A stretch of 64,000 nt of DNA from a virus (Duplodnaviria > Caudoviricetes). Made by a program: the position numbers and the translations under genes. Positions within the stretch are counted from its first letter, which is position 1. Every line of letters starts with the position of its first letter. The notes beneath the pieces were generated by a model, which saw only the letters and a list, made by a program, of their open reading frames with translations, searched no databases and was not told the origin of the DNA. The DNA is taken from positions 40,697 through 104,696 of the IMG/VR virus record IMGVR_UViG_3300032030_000030; one strand, 5' to 3'. Below, piece by piece: positions 47,507 through 60,000 of the stretch.

Positions 47507-50500
47507 ATGGCAAAGAAGAGAACAGAACAGTCAGGCGTTAATAGCAGGCCACCTGTTGCCAGTGGTGAACTCACCAATGAACAACAAATGATTATGGCTA
47601 ACATACAAGCCAACCCACGTTTGCTGTTTATGCCTGAATACGCACAATGGAGAGATTATTATAGACGAAATTCGCAAAATTATGTGGATAGTCTATTTAA
47701 TAATCTTCCAAAAGAAGTGCAAGACGATATATACAATAATGATAGAGCGGGATTTGGTGCTTTGTCCGATAAGGCTAAAAATGCTTATAGAGGAGATAAG
47801 GGTGCTTCTATGACCAGAGAAGGTATGAAGGAAGCTGGGAATACTATTGGCAATGTCTTTTGGGATGAGGTGGCACCATATATACCAGTATTAGGTACAG
47901 GAAAAGATTGGTATGATTTCTACCAAGACCCTACATTGGGCAATTTATCTTGGGCATTAATTGGCACTGCTGCTGATTCTGGTATAGTAAGAGGCGCAAA
48001 AAGGATAGTCAATGGATTTAAAGGAAGACAAATTGTAGATAATATTGATAATGTGGCTGATGCAAGGAAGAGACAGTTCGCAAGTAACTTCGATTTGGGA
48101 AAGGGCGATGCTAATGTTGATTTGTCTGACTTAACAAAAAGAGGTTTAATATCAGCTGATGATGCAGCTGATTATGCAGACAGAATAAGAAAAGCTGGTA
48201 AACGAGACATACAACCTATATTAGATGAGATAAAAAGTAAAACAAGAAATGAAATAACTAAGGGTGTAGCACAAACTGTTGGAGGTTTGGGTGTAGATAC
48301 TTTTATAGCTAACGAACAACAGTTACAGAATGAGGGTCTCGAACCTTGGATAATAAACATCAGTAATCAGCCTTGGTCTAAGTATACAATAGAAGACATA
48401 CCTCTTATGCTACGTGGGGAAGAGCCTGACAATATAGATTATAGCAAAACAATACGAGCGCATGGTGGTGTGATTCAACAAACAGGAAATAGCAATATGA
48501 GAAGAAGAATACAGAGTCCTGCAAACATATTTGTTGCAGGTGGTATTGCTGACCAGCTCAACTTGTTCGAGACAGGTGGACCAGGGGAATTTGGTTGGAC
48601 TGGTCAGCAAATCAATAACAATATAGTTGACAGAAGTGCGATTGACAGTCCGATGACAAACTATTTGTCGTCAATCAAAACAAATCAGCCAAGTGGAAAT
48701 CTTGTAACCACAACACCTGATTATGTAAAGAATACAGGGACTGCTTCGTATAGACAAAAGTCAGATTTGTCGAATTTAAACGCAGACAACCTTATTGCAG
48801 GGGCGACAGGAATAATAGGAGGAACCATAGGAAATGCAACTCTTACTTCAAAGAATCAACAGCTGAAGAATCAGTTTGCTGATGAATCATCAACTGCTAC
48901 ATCCCTTACGAATAACAACCAGTTTAATTATGGAGCATCGACTACAACTGGTCTTTTGAATCAAATAAAAACCAATCCTATTTCAAGGATAACACCAAAC
49001 GATGCTGTTGTAAACTGGAAAGACTTAAGACCTTCAAAGGGACAACAATGGGCTAATGCAGGCAAGGCTGCTGGTTCTGGTGCAGCTATAGGTGGTATGA
49101 TTGGTACGATTGGTGGTCCAGTAGGAACTGCTATTGGTGCTGGAATAGGTGCAGTTATTGGTGGCGCATCTGCGGCAATTGGTTCTCTTTTTGGCAGAAG
49201 GAAAGCAAAGAAAGAAGCAGCTGCTCGTGAGGCAGAAAGACAAAGAACCATTGCATTGCAGAATTATGCAAATACAGCCATGGCATCTCAGAATCAATAT
49301 GCTATAAACAATGCAGTTACAGCACAAGAGAATCTTGCGTCCAATATGCAGCAAGCAAACTTCCACGCATACGGTGGCCCAATTGACCCAGACGACGAAG
49401 AAGTCGAAATACCTTCTACGACAGCTGTCAATAATGTAAGACCAGACTTAGATTCTGCTTTAATGGTCAATAATAGGATTGATGAGCTGATGAGAAAGAA
49501 TGCACGTACAACAGACCAGATGACATACGACGAAGTAAAAACGAAGACTAATCAGATGTTGGATGCATACTCAGACCCAACAAGATTCAAGAATACCGAC
49601 ATGGCCGAATACGTTGGTGGAAACGGTCTTGGCTTTGGTGGTATGTTTGATATTACTCCGACGTCTTTCGGTCTTGCCAACCAGCAGATGAATATTTCGA
49701 GACAAAACACTATTGACAAAATAAAGATGAACGACGGTTTGAATATAAATAAATTTGATTTCGGAGGAATGGCTACTATGCCTATGAGTGCAAACCCTGA
49801 CATTACAGAAATCAACGCAGGTGGAACTCACGAACAGAATCCCAATATGGGAGTACAAGTCGGAGTAGATAGCAGAGGAGTTCCTAATCTTGTTGAAGAA
49901 GGTGAAGTTATATGGAAGAGACCTTCTAATACTCTTATGGGCAAAAATATATTTGCCAATGGAGGCCAAGGCAATACGGAGTATGTATTCTCAAACAGAT
50001 GGTATCCGACAGATGACTTGCTTGCAGAAGTTGGAATTGCAAAGAAATCGAACTCCAAAGGCAAACCGAAAGAGCCAACAAAGTCTTATGCTGACAGAGC
50101 AAAGGAGATAAACAAACAGGCAAAAGAAAGACCTAATGATGTCATAACCAAAAACACTATCAACAAAGACCTTGAAAAACTCGCAAATGCACAAGAAAAA
50201 GAGAGGGCTATGAGGGAAGCACAAGCCGCTGCTCAAGAACAGGCGGCAAGGCGTAATATGGCTATGGGGCTTGGAAGTTTGATGGGACAGGGTATGAACC
50301 CTATGCAGAATATGATTGCACAGCGTCAACAAAACGCACCAAACGAAGACCAGTCCTTGACAGAATACAATAGAGGTGGTACACCGATGATGATGGCGTA
50401 TGGTGGTCCTAAAAACTTGTTTGCATATCCGACTAACAATCCATTGATAAACAATCCGAAGTACGGATATTCAACATATGACCCGTTGTCAAATTCGAGA

Positions 50501-51610
50501 ACAATATATGGAGACCCAACCGACCCACCTGAGACTACATCGACCACAACAACTACGGCATCAAACAATCCACCTGATGGGTACCCGTATGATTGGGTTA
50601 CAGGACTTGACCCGTCGAAGAATGCTGGCAATCCAGCATTTGAATCTGGAAGGAATGGCAGTATATCTACTGGAGAGCGCAGGTCTTGGCAAGAGGTGTA
50701 CAAGAATGTAATGAGGCCATCACTTAACGAAAACATCGACGCTATGCCAAAGGCAATGACTGTTACAGATAAAGATTTGCCAACCTTGGGAATGACAATC
50801 AATATGGAGCCAGGATATAATACGTATGATGGTCCAGAATATAATCCGTCTCTTATGAAAACGTCTTGGTTAAGATACGCTCCAGTTGCAGGTGCTTTTG
50901 TGAATGTGGCAAATGATATGGCAGGTAAGAATGCTCCAGACTTCTCTTTGGTAGACAGATTGTCTGCCGAAGCAAATAAGGGTACGTTTGTTCCAGTGTC
51001 GTCTACTCCTGTTGGTAATTATTTGGCATATAGACCATTGGATATTAATTATCAACTTAACAAAATCAATGCTCAGGCTAACGCTACAAATAGGGCATTA
51101 GAGAACGCATCTGGAGGCAATAGAAATAACTACATCGCAAATCTTTTAGCAGCTGATTACAATGCACAACTTGGCATAGGAGAGGCAATAAGAAAAGCTG
51201 AAGAATCTAACATTGCTCAAAACCAAGTTGTTGAGAACTTCAATAGGGACACCAATAAGTTCAATTCAGAAGAAGACCTCAAGGCACAGATGGCTAACCA
51301 GGCAGCACTTGCTTCTTTGAGACAGTTCAAACTTTCAGGATTGAGTGATGCAGCAAAACTTAGGTACCAGATGCAGATGGATGATTTGTCGAGGAGACAC
51401 GCCAACTTCACTTCGTTGTTTAACAATCTTGGAGAAGTCGGCAGAGACGCACTTAATTACAATATGGTTATGTCTAATCCTGCACTTCTTTACGCTTTGT
51501 CAAAGAATGGTAAAGTTGACTATAAAGGCGAGACTGCTTATGACAAAGATGAGAAAGCGTCAAAGAAAAAGCAGAAGAAAACTAAGAGCGATGAAGATGC
51601 CACTGCTTGA
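47507..51610 (+). CDS. cargo protein 1-like ejected protein with a Gly-zipper membrane segment
   Basis: GGTHEQNP, LVEEGEVI, GAAIGGMIGTIGGPVGTAIGAGIG. Confidence 0.8.
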   Translation: MAKKRTEQSGVNSRPPVASGELTNEQQMIMANIQANPRLLFMPEYAQWRDYYRRNSQNYVDSLFNNLPKEVQDDIYNNDRAGFGALSDKAKNAYRGDKGASMTREGMKEAGNTIGNVFWDEVAPYIPVLGTGKDWYDFYQDPTLGNLSWALIGTAADSGIVRGAKRIVNGFKGRQIVDNIDNVADARKRQFASNFDLGKGDANVDLSDLTKRGLISADDAADYADRIRKAGKRDIQPILDEIKSKTRNEITKGVAQTVGGLGVDTFIANEQQLQNEGLEPWIINISNQPWSKYTIEDIPLMLRGEEPDNIDYSKTIRAHGGVIQQTGNSNMRRRIQSPANIFVAGGIADQLNLFETGGPGEFGWTGQQINNNIVDRSAIDSPMTNYLSSIKTNQPSGNLVTTTPDYVKNTGTASYRQKSDLSNLNADNLIAGATGIIGGTIGNATLTSKNQQLKNQFADESSTATSLTNNNQFNYGASTTTGLLNQIKTNPISRITPNDAVVNWKDLRPSKGQQWANAGKAAGSGAAIGGMIGTIGGPVGTAIGAGIGAVIGGASAAIGSLFGRRKAKKEAAAREAERQRTIALQNYANTAMASQNQYAINNAVTAQENLASNMQQANFHAYGGPIDPDDEEVEIPSTTAVNNVRPDLDSALMVNNRIDELMRKNARTTDQMTYDEVKTKTNQMLDAYSDPTRFKNTDMAEYVGGNGLGFGGMFDITPTSFGLANQQMNISRQNTIDKIKMNDGLNINKFDFGGMATMPMSANPDITEINAGGTHEQNPNMGVQVGVDSRGVPNLVEEGEVIWKRPSNTLMGKNIFANGGQGNTEYVFSNRWYPTDDLLAEVGIAKKSNSKGKPKEPTKSYADRAKEINKQAKERPNDVITKNTINKDLEKLANAQEKERAMREAQAAAQEQAARRNMAMGLGSLMGQGMNPMQNMIAQRQQNAPNEDQSLTEYNRGGTPMMMAYGGPKNLFAYPTNNPLINNPKYGYSTYDPLSNSRTIYGDPTDPPETTSTTTTTASNNPPDGYPYDWVTGLDPSKNAGNPAFESGRNGSISTGERRSWQEVYKNVMRPSLNENIDAMPKAMTVTDKDLPTLGMTINMEPGYNTYDGPEYNPSLMKTSWLRYAPVAGAFVNVANDMAGKNAPDFSLVDRLSAEANKGTFVPVSSTPVGNYLAYRPLDINYQLNKINAQANATNRALENASGGNRNNYIANLLAADYNAQLGIGEAIRKAEESNIAQNQVVENFNRDTNKFNSEEDLKAQMANQAALASLRQFKLSGLSDAAKLRYQMQMDDLSRRHANFTSLFNNLGEVGRDALNYNMVMSNPALLYALSKNGKVDYKGETAYDKDEKASKKKQKKTKSDEDATA

Positions 51611-51737
51611 TAAATTATTTTACTCTATTGCGCTGTAAAATTTATTAGGTAAATTTGCAGCGAACAATCAAACGTCTTAGGTTGTTCGGTCAATCTAAGG
51701 CGTTTTATATATTTGATAATATTAAAATTACAATATA

Positions 51738-54014
51738 ATGGCTTACAGTTGGGAAGTGGGGTCTACTCCTACATTCAGGGCGTTGTCTTACGAAGACTGG
51801 GCAAAACCTCTAAGGGAAGCCACAGAATTTCATAGGGACATAGAACAGCAATATGCTGACTTGGATGCGCAGGCTTCTGTGTGGGAAAAGTTAGCTAACG
51901 ATGTAAGGGGAAAAGATTCACAAGCATACAAGATATATAAGAACTATGCAGACGACTTACAATCTCAGGCAGACGACTTTGCAAGGCACGGTCTGAAATA
52001 TAGTTCAAGGAAAAGAATGTTCGATATAAGGGCAAGATATGCAAAAGAGATAATGCCTATCGACGAAGCGTGGAAACGTAAGGAGGAAGCGTCAAGATGG
52101 GAAAGGGAAATGATGCTGAAGAATCCTAATCTTAGGTTTATGCGTCATGCAGACGAAGAATCTATTGATGCGTTCCTTGCTAATCCAGAATGGAAGGCTG
52201 GTGCTGTCGATATGAAAGAATTGTACGCAAAGGTTGCAGGAGAGGCTGGTGCGTTGAAGGAACAGTTGATACAGAATCTTGAAGGAATAACTCAGATACA
52301 AAAACAAAAATCAGAGGGCAAAATAACTGAGGCTGAGGCAGAAGCAAGGCAAACGCAGTTGCTTGAAACAGAGAATAGTGGTTATCTTAAATATTTTATC
52401 CAGCACGGATTGACTCCTGCTGAAGTACAAAGACAACTTGCAAGTAAAGATAGTTTCCTCAGCACTCTTATTATGTCAGATATAATGGGTTCTGGCATAA
52501 AAGATATGGAACACGGCTATTATTATGACGATGCAGACGCAAGGCAGGCAAGGTTTGAAAGAAATTACCAATCAATCTATGACTATCTTAAAGGAGCGGC
52601 ATTTGCTTCTGTTGGTAAAACAGATGTTAACTTCCTTAAAGACGAAGCGAAACTCCTTAACAATCAGATTGCATCGAGTGAAAGAATTGCTGCGGCAAAC
52701 AGATGGATGCAGTGGAAAATTGCAAACGCTGGTAATGATAAAAATAAAGATGCAACACCTTATGCAAAGGGTTATGACCCAACATACGGAGATGCTTCTG
52801 CAAAAGAAACTCTTTTAAGACTTTCTGCATACAATAATATCAAGAAATTGAATCCTGGTGCAGAAATGACTAAGGCTGCATATGATAAGGTTATAGACCA
52901 ATTGGTAGGAACATATGGACCTATTGAAACGATAGACTTTACAAATCCTTTAGTACAATCAGAAATAACCAAAGCAATAAGTGGACTCGGAGAAGGCGAA
53001 AGTTTGGCTGGCAAAAACATCGACTGGGATTCTTACAATAAAGAAATGGATGCGATTAAAGCAAAATATAATTTGCCAGACGGTGCGCATTCTTATGGTG
53101 TACAAAGAGAGATAGATAAATTAACAAAACAGTTAAGAGAAAAATATTTTGGCGCAGACATTGATTTGTATGATATTGCAAAGTCTAACAGACAAACTGC
53201 TACCAAGTATGGTCTTGATGAATCGACAGGATATAACGGTACAGGAACTGATTATGGCTATATGGCAGACTTCGCAAGAGAACAAGCAAATGAGTCTGTA
53301 CATTCTGGCAATATAATAACCCTTAATTCTTCCAATGACCAGGCGGCTATTGAAAAGGTCAAGAACATATTGAAGACTATTCCTGAAAGCGAAACTCCAG
53401 TAAGGGAAGTAAACAATGCTGGCAAGACAGTAGACAACAAGGCTATGACTATACCTGAGTTACTTGCCATTATGGACCAGAAAAAGGATAGTGATGGTAA
53501 TGGAGTTCAATCCATTGACTTTGAAATCGTTGATACAGATAGACTTCATAATGTAATAGCGGTTACTGGAACGGACGGCAAGACGAGAAGATTCGACATT
53601 CCGTTGAACGCTGGTAATAACAAGGAAGAAATAAATCTGTTGTTTGGTAATCCAGGCGGTCAATATAATACAGGAAAAGACTGGGAGAAATCAACGGCAA
53701 GTATTGTATGGCGTCTTGCTGATAAGTCGGAAAAGTATTATAATAAGAAAGACAGGAAGGCTCTTGTTGACGCAGGACTTGTTCAATACACAAGGGCATC
53801 AAACGGAACGTTAATTCCAAAAACAGATGCCAATGGCAAGCCTATACCGATGACAAGGCAACAACTGCAAGATTTTAGAAAACTGTTTACGCAGAACTAC
53901 GCAGACAATGTTGTATTTGGCTTTAATAAAGGCTATCAGGCTTCAAGAACTCATAATGACCAGTATGCTAAACTTTATTATACACTTGCTGCAAATACAG
54001 GATACGGTAGTTAA
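51738..54014 (+). CDS. virion cargo/internal protein
   Basis: 758 aa, between the cargo-1-like and giant genes. Confidence 0.7.
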   Translation: MAYSWEVGSTPTFRALSYEDWAKPLREATEFHRDIEQQYADLDAQASVWEKLANDVRGKDSQAYKIYKNYADDLQSQADDFARHGLKYSSRKRMFDIRARYAKEIMPIDEAWKRKEEASRWEREMMLKNPNLRFMRHADEESIDAFLANPEWKAGAVDMKELYAKVAGEAGALKEQLIQNLEGITQIQKQKSEGKITEAEAEARQTQLLETENSGYLKYFIQHGLTPAEVQRQLASKDSFLSTLIMSDIMGSGIKDMEHGYYYDDADARQARFERNYQSIYDYLKGAAFASVGKTDVNFLKDEAKLLNNQIASSERIAAANRWMQWKIANAGNDKNKDATPYAKGYDPTYGDASAKETLLRLSAYNNIKKLNPGAEMTKAAYDKVIDQLVGTYGPIETIDFTNPLVQSEITKAISGLGEGESLAGKNIDWDSYNKEMDAIKAKYNLPDGAHSYGVQREIDKLTKQLREKYFGADIDLYDIAKSNRQTATKYGLDESTGYNGTGTDYGYMADFAREQANESVHSGNIITLNSSNDQAAIEKVKNILKTIPESETPVREVNNAGKTVDNKAMTIPELLAIMDQKKDSDGNGVQSIDFEIVDTDRLHNVIAVTGTDGKTRRFDIPLNAGNNKEEINLLFGNPGGQYNTGKDWEKSTASIVWRLADKSEKYYNKKDRKALVDAGLVQYTRASNGTLIPKTDANGKPIPMTRQQLQDFRKLFTQNYADNVVFGFNKGYQASRTHNDQYAKLYYTLAANTGYGS

Positions 54015-54035
54015 TAACTTTAAAATTGCAAAGAA

Positions 54036-57000
54036 ATGGGCGAAGACGAATTGAATAATCAACAGATACAAGACCCTTCTGAGATAGGAACAGAAGGGCT
54101 TTCTGGGATGAATAAATATAGCACTGACCAAGGAATGAATATGACTCGTCAGGCTATGGATATGATGAGGTCGTTGCAACGCAGGGATGGTGCAATAGGT
54201 TCTGTGCAAGAATTTATGCAACCATTTCATCAGTTTGAAGATATTGGCGAGCATTATGATTTAGGTAACACTCCTGGTCTTGGCGAGTCTACATTCGACG
54301 ACCAAATAACATCTGTTGGTCAGTTAGAGAAACTTGATGACACACGAGGATTGTTGCAGCCTTGGTATGCAAAGTGGGGTGCTGGCTTTGGCAAGATGGT
54401 CGGACTTACTGCTACAACATTCCTTGACCAAACAATAGGTACCATTTGGGGCATTGGTGCCATTGCTAATAGTTTTATACAGGGAGATGGCAGAGGGTTT
54501 TCTGCATTCTACGACAATGATATGTCGAACTACCTTCGTGATGTAGAAGAAGAAATGGAGAAGGTGATGCCTAACTATCGTACAGACCTTGAAAAGACCA
54601 ATGCTTGGTATCAGAATCTTGGTACTGCAAACTTCTGGGCTGACACCATATTTAAAAACGCTGGCTTTACAATAGGCACTGCTCTTGCAACAGCCGCTAC
54701 TATGGGAGCATCTTCTGCACTTACGGGCGGAAGACTTGCAATCGGAACTGAGACTGGCTTGATGAGTAGAGGGTTGGGTGCTGCTGCAAGGGGTGCGACA
54801 AGAGTTTCAGGTGCTGCTGCCACTGCACTCGGTGAGGCTACCTCTGCTGTAGGCGGTGAAGCTAAACTTGCAGCAAGAGGTTTCCGTATTATGGGACAGC
54901 CATTGGAGAGAGTTGTGACCGAACAAGGTATAACTGAATTAAGGAACTATTCAGTTGGAACTAAACTTGGTGTATCAATGGCAAGTGCATTAGGCGAAAC
55001 CCACTCTACTGCATCCATTAACTTGAATCAATGGAGGCAGAACTCTCAGCAGAATAGAACTATGGAGGCTATGGAGCAAGTGAGAGGTCTTGACGAATGG
55101 AAAGAGAAGATGCTTTTTAACGTAGATAATGACATAGATTCTGTCGATGATGAAATCAAAAAGAACTTTGATGAGAACGAATATCGCAATGCAAGCAAGG
55201 AAATGAAGAAGAATATGATTGAGTCAGTCTATCAAAGCAAGGTTGACAATATCATTTCTACAAGAGATTTTATGATTGCCGAAGATGACAGAAGGTCTAA
55301 GGTTGCCGCTTCTGCAAATTTTGCAGCGGATATGGTTCTCCTTACTGCGACTAATATGTTTGGTACATTCTCTAATTTTAGAGCCAAATTGCCAGGCAGC
55401 GAGAGGGATATAATGGTAACTACCACTATGGGCAAAAAACTCCACGATTTCAAGCAATTCGTAGCTCATCCATTCGACAGAAGTGCAAGGCAGATATATA
55501 ATGGTGTTGCATACAAAGCAACAGGAAGATTCAGGGAAGGATTAAAACAAGCAACGGCAGAAGGTCTTGTAGAAGAAGGCGGACAGGGTGTTACGTCTTC
55601 TGCTGCATATGAGTATGGTTATAGATATGACGAAGATGAAAGAAATGAGTTCGGTTCATATCTTGGTCTTATATGGGATGAAGCCAAAAAGCAATATGGC
55701 GATTTAAGAAATTACGACGAGATATTCGCAGGTGCTGTTACTGGTGTTCTTGGCGTACCGTTCCCACATAAGATTAAAGACAGAAACGGCAATTCACACT
55801 GGTCTTTTTGGCAAGGAGGCATATTCTCAAACGAGGTAAAAGAACAGATTGCCGAGTCTGAAGATGTAGCAAGAAAGATGAATGATACTTTCAGCAGGCT
55901 AAGAGACGAAGGCACTGCGTCATATGTCATTGGTCAGCGTGCATTGGATAATCTTAGGACTGCATATGAGAATGGTTATGATGACGAAGGTTATGATGAA
56001 ACCATAGCATATAAGCAACTTGTTGATGACGTAGTGTATTTTGCGCTTGCTGGAAGAACAAAAGACCTTATGTCTCTTGCAGGTAATCCTAAGTTGAAAG
56101 TATCAAAGGAAGAGATTGATAATCTTATCAAAGCAACTGACGGTGCAAAATCGGAAGGAAGTGAAATGCTTGTCAACAGGCTTGGTCTCCGTGATGAGAG
56201 CGGAAATTTAAAGGCTTTGACAAAAGAAGATTATGATGAGATAGGTAAGAAGATACAAGATAGAAGGAAACAGATAGAGGAGACAATCAAGGATGTAAGA
56301 AACGTAATGGCTTATGTCGAGAATAAGTCTAACAACTATTTCTCAAAAGAAGAACTGAAAGAAGTTATATGGCCATTCCTTGCAGCAAATCATCTCAGGA
56401 GGAACTTGGCAGAATACTATGGACTTGCCGAGAAGAATCCTGTTGTCAAGATGATTGAGGACAGAATGCTTAAATATAGAAGCGAACTTGAAAAGTATTT
56501 CAATGTCAAGGAGAACGAAGATGGCACACGTACAATAGACATACGTAATCCGAAGGTTCCGATGGATGTCAAGACGAAAAGACAAGTCAGGAATCTACAA
56601 AGGAAGTATGGCTTTGGTAGTATGCTCATTGAACAGTTGCGAGGCTCTGCAAGAAAGAGTGCCGAGGCTGGAGATGTAGGTGCAACACTTGACCTTGCAA
56701 ATTGGGGTGAAAAGACAGAAATACCATACAACCATAAAGAAACTCTTGGAGAGGCATTTACCGAATGGCTTAGAGACGAGTTTGAGGAGGATTATGATAA
56801 TGTAATCAAGAATCAGTTTGGTGAGGACAGTACAGTTCTTGACTGTCTCAATGACTTTGTAGACTATATGAACAAGAGTAACGTTGCCACAAAACTTATG
56901 AATGACTATAAGGAGAAGTGGAACGAGTATATGGAGCGAGAGGATGGCAAGTTAAAACTCAGAGAATGGGTTAACTTCAATCGTGAGAAAATTCAGAAGA

Positions 57001-60000
57001 GGGACTTGGATGGCCTTGCCCGTAGAACAAAAGAGAAACTCTTGGCTAATAGGAAGGCTTATGAAGATGGAATGAAAGCCCTTAATGAAGAGATTGCTGC
57101 AAGGATGGGTCAGGTTGATTCTTCGAGAATTACGTCTGCTCAAAAGGCTGTAGAGAAAGAGTTTCTTGAAGGTGAACGTAGAAGCAGGAAACGTCAACTT
57201 GAAGACGAATACAGAAAGGGCGTTGCAAGTTCTTTCGACGAGGCAAGGGGATATGGCATGGGAGAAAACCAGAACAATATCACTATGGCTGATAGAATGA
57301 CTGACCGTATGTTCGATGACCCTGATGTAGGTCCAAGCCTTCAGGAGATGGAAGAACTTGATGCTCTTAGCAACACAATGATTTCCCTCATTAAGAATCA
57401 CGAAGGTATGTCAGACGCTCAAAAGGCTGTCGCTATTGCGATGATTCAGAATGACAGGGCGTTCTATCATAATGCTGATGAATACAGGAATGAATCGCTT
57501 ACAAAAGACATAAGAAGATGGGTAAGAGAAAGTTCTCCGCTTGCAATAAATAGGAACCTCGATGGCACTGTGAGCCTTGAAGAAACCCAACTCGGAAACT
57601 ATATCAACAACTTGTTAGAAGGAATAAACATCGACGGAGACCTCGAAGCCTTCAAGAAGCAGAACTTCCAATACTTTGCAGATATGATTTTGGGTTTTGG
57701 CTCGGACAATAGGTTTATCGAAGTTGGCGAGGATGGTAAATGGAAACTTACAAAGCAAGGAACAGACCTCATTAATGCCGAAGCAAAGCGTATGCTTATC
57801 CTTAACGCCATGGATTCGTACAACGAATTTAAGGAAAGGGCTTTGGATGCAATAGCGGAGAATGGTTTTTGGGGCAAGGAAGTGTTCAAGAAGAGCGAGA
57901 TAAAAGACCTCATTGACGAAATCAATATGTTTGATGTTTGGAACAATTGGAAGACCGAACCGAACAATGCAAGCGAAACTGACAGTCCGTCAACAGAGTA
58001 TATAGAATCCGTAGACTTGGAAAGCGAAGTAACTCCTGTACGTAATAGCGACGGAGAAATTGTTGACTTTGAAGGCAATGTAATAACCAGAGGACAAATC
58101 ATGTTTAACGAACTGGGCGCACTTGCATTGCACGTCAATAATAATCTTGAATCCGCAAAAGAAGATGGCAAGGTTTCGTTCCACTTTGTAGAGACTGCAA
58201 GATTGCTCGATACCTTTATAAGCCTGGATGACTTTGCGGCAAGACCATTGCTCAAGCAACTTATGGATGAACATAGGAATGCAACTGTCGATGATGTTGA
58301 CTACTTGTTTGTAAGGGCGTTGGCAAAGAGTCTTAGAGATAAGAACTCTGCATTGGCTAAGATGCTTGAATATTATGGCGGTCAACAAGTTAAATTGCCA
58401 TACGAAGTAAAAGCTACATTTGCAGGTATTGCTAATGCAGTTATGGGTTTTGATAGATTCTGGAGAACTGCTGTTGGCTCGTTGGAGGATGCGGCTTCTT
58501 CCAATATGTATTTTAGCGAAGATTCGGAAAAGTCAGACAAGGAAATATCCGAGGGTATTTTCGTATTGACAAACCTGATTAAAAACTACGACGGCAACTC
58601 AACGGCAACGAAACATCTTATCGAAGCAAGGAAAGGTTTTATTACAGACATTTCAAACGAGGAGCTTAGGAATAAATTTTTAAAAGCCGAGGCAGACAAT
58701 AGTATTGAAGATTTACAAGACAACGTAGAGTCATTGTTCACTCGTGGTGCTATGAGCAAACTTGCAACTGATGCAGTATTGAACTCCGAAAACAAGGATA
58801 TGGGAACGGCACAGAAGTTTGCGAAGCCAAAAGCAGGCGAGGAAATGACTGATGAGGAACAGGCTGAGCTTGCCGCAGATACGCAAGCAAAAGCAGCAGA
58901 AAACTTTGTTGCCGAACAAGTAAACTCTATGCAACCACAGACTTCTCAGTATAACATCAACTCTTTGATTACAAACAAAGAGAAGAACGCTGAGCCAATG
59001 AGGTATTCTGAAGGTGTGTTCTACGGAGACAAAAACATAGACCACGACCCGAAGGAGATTGAAGATTATCTCGATAAATGCGGTGCGTTTGATTTTATCA
59101 ACAGCGGCGAACTTGCCAACTGGATGGAATCTAACGAAAATGGAGACGTTTATATACTTACCGATGAGGAACTGAACGGAACAATACAATCGCCTAACGG
59201 TGGAAGAAAGAACATAAAATATTCTGTTAAACACGATGGAGCATGGATTCCTTGTTACTTTGCTTACGAGAACGCAACCTTCTTCAAAGACAAGTATGGT
59301 GATATTAACGTAAAGTTCAACGGTAAACCAAAACTTGCAAAGAGCGAAGACGGCAAAAACATACCTCTTGCAAATGCACAAACTGTAAAGTTTGAAAGCA
59401 ATGGCAAGGTAGAAGATGTTTCTCCATCTGTCATTATGAACAGCTTTATCGTCTCTTCACAGCCAAATAAATTCTTTGCAATAAAGAACGGTGTTGATTC
59501 TAATGGCAAACCGAAGTTCCAGGTGCTTGGTCTTGTGCCGAAAGTATCTGGTGATTACTTGTCTAACGGAGCAAATGCTTCCAAGTATTATTCTGTCGGA
59601 ATGAACATTCAGTTGTTGTCAGATATTATGTTCAACAGGTTTGAAAACTCATTCTCGACATCAACGACAGGACAGAACAAATACTCGAAGTATATGTACG
59701 GCCTTCCGACAAGAATGAGTGGAAGAGGAAATTATCCGCATCTTGGAGGCAGAAGAGCGTCTAATGGCTCTCCGTTTGGTTGTACTAATATACTTGATGC
59801 TTACCAGACAGAAGCGTTTCTATATTACTCTAAAATGTCAGAAGACGAACAGAAGGAAAACAAAATCTCTGTTGAGAAAGTTGATGACAAGCACATAAGG
59901 GTAAAGAAGGACGGAAAGACATATGTTTACGAAGACAAGAGAACTGGCAAGTACAAAGGTGAAGGTTATAACGTTCATATGTTTTTTGCCACGGCTGAGC

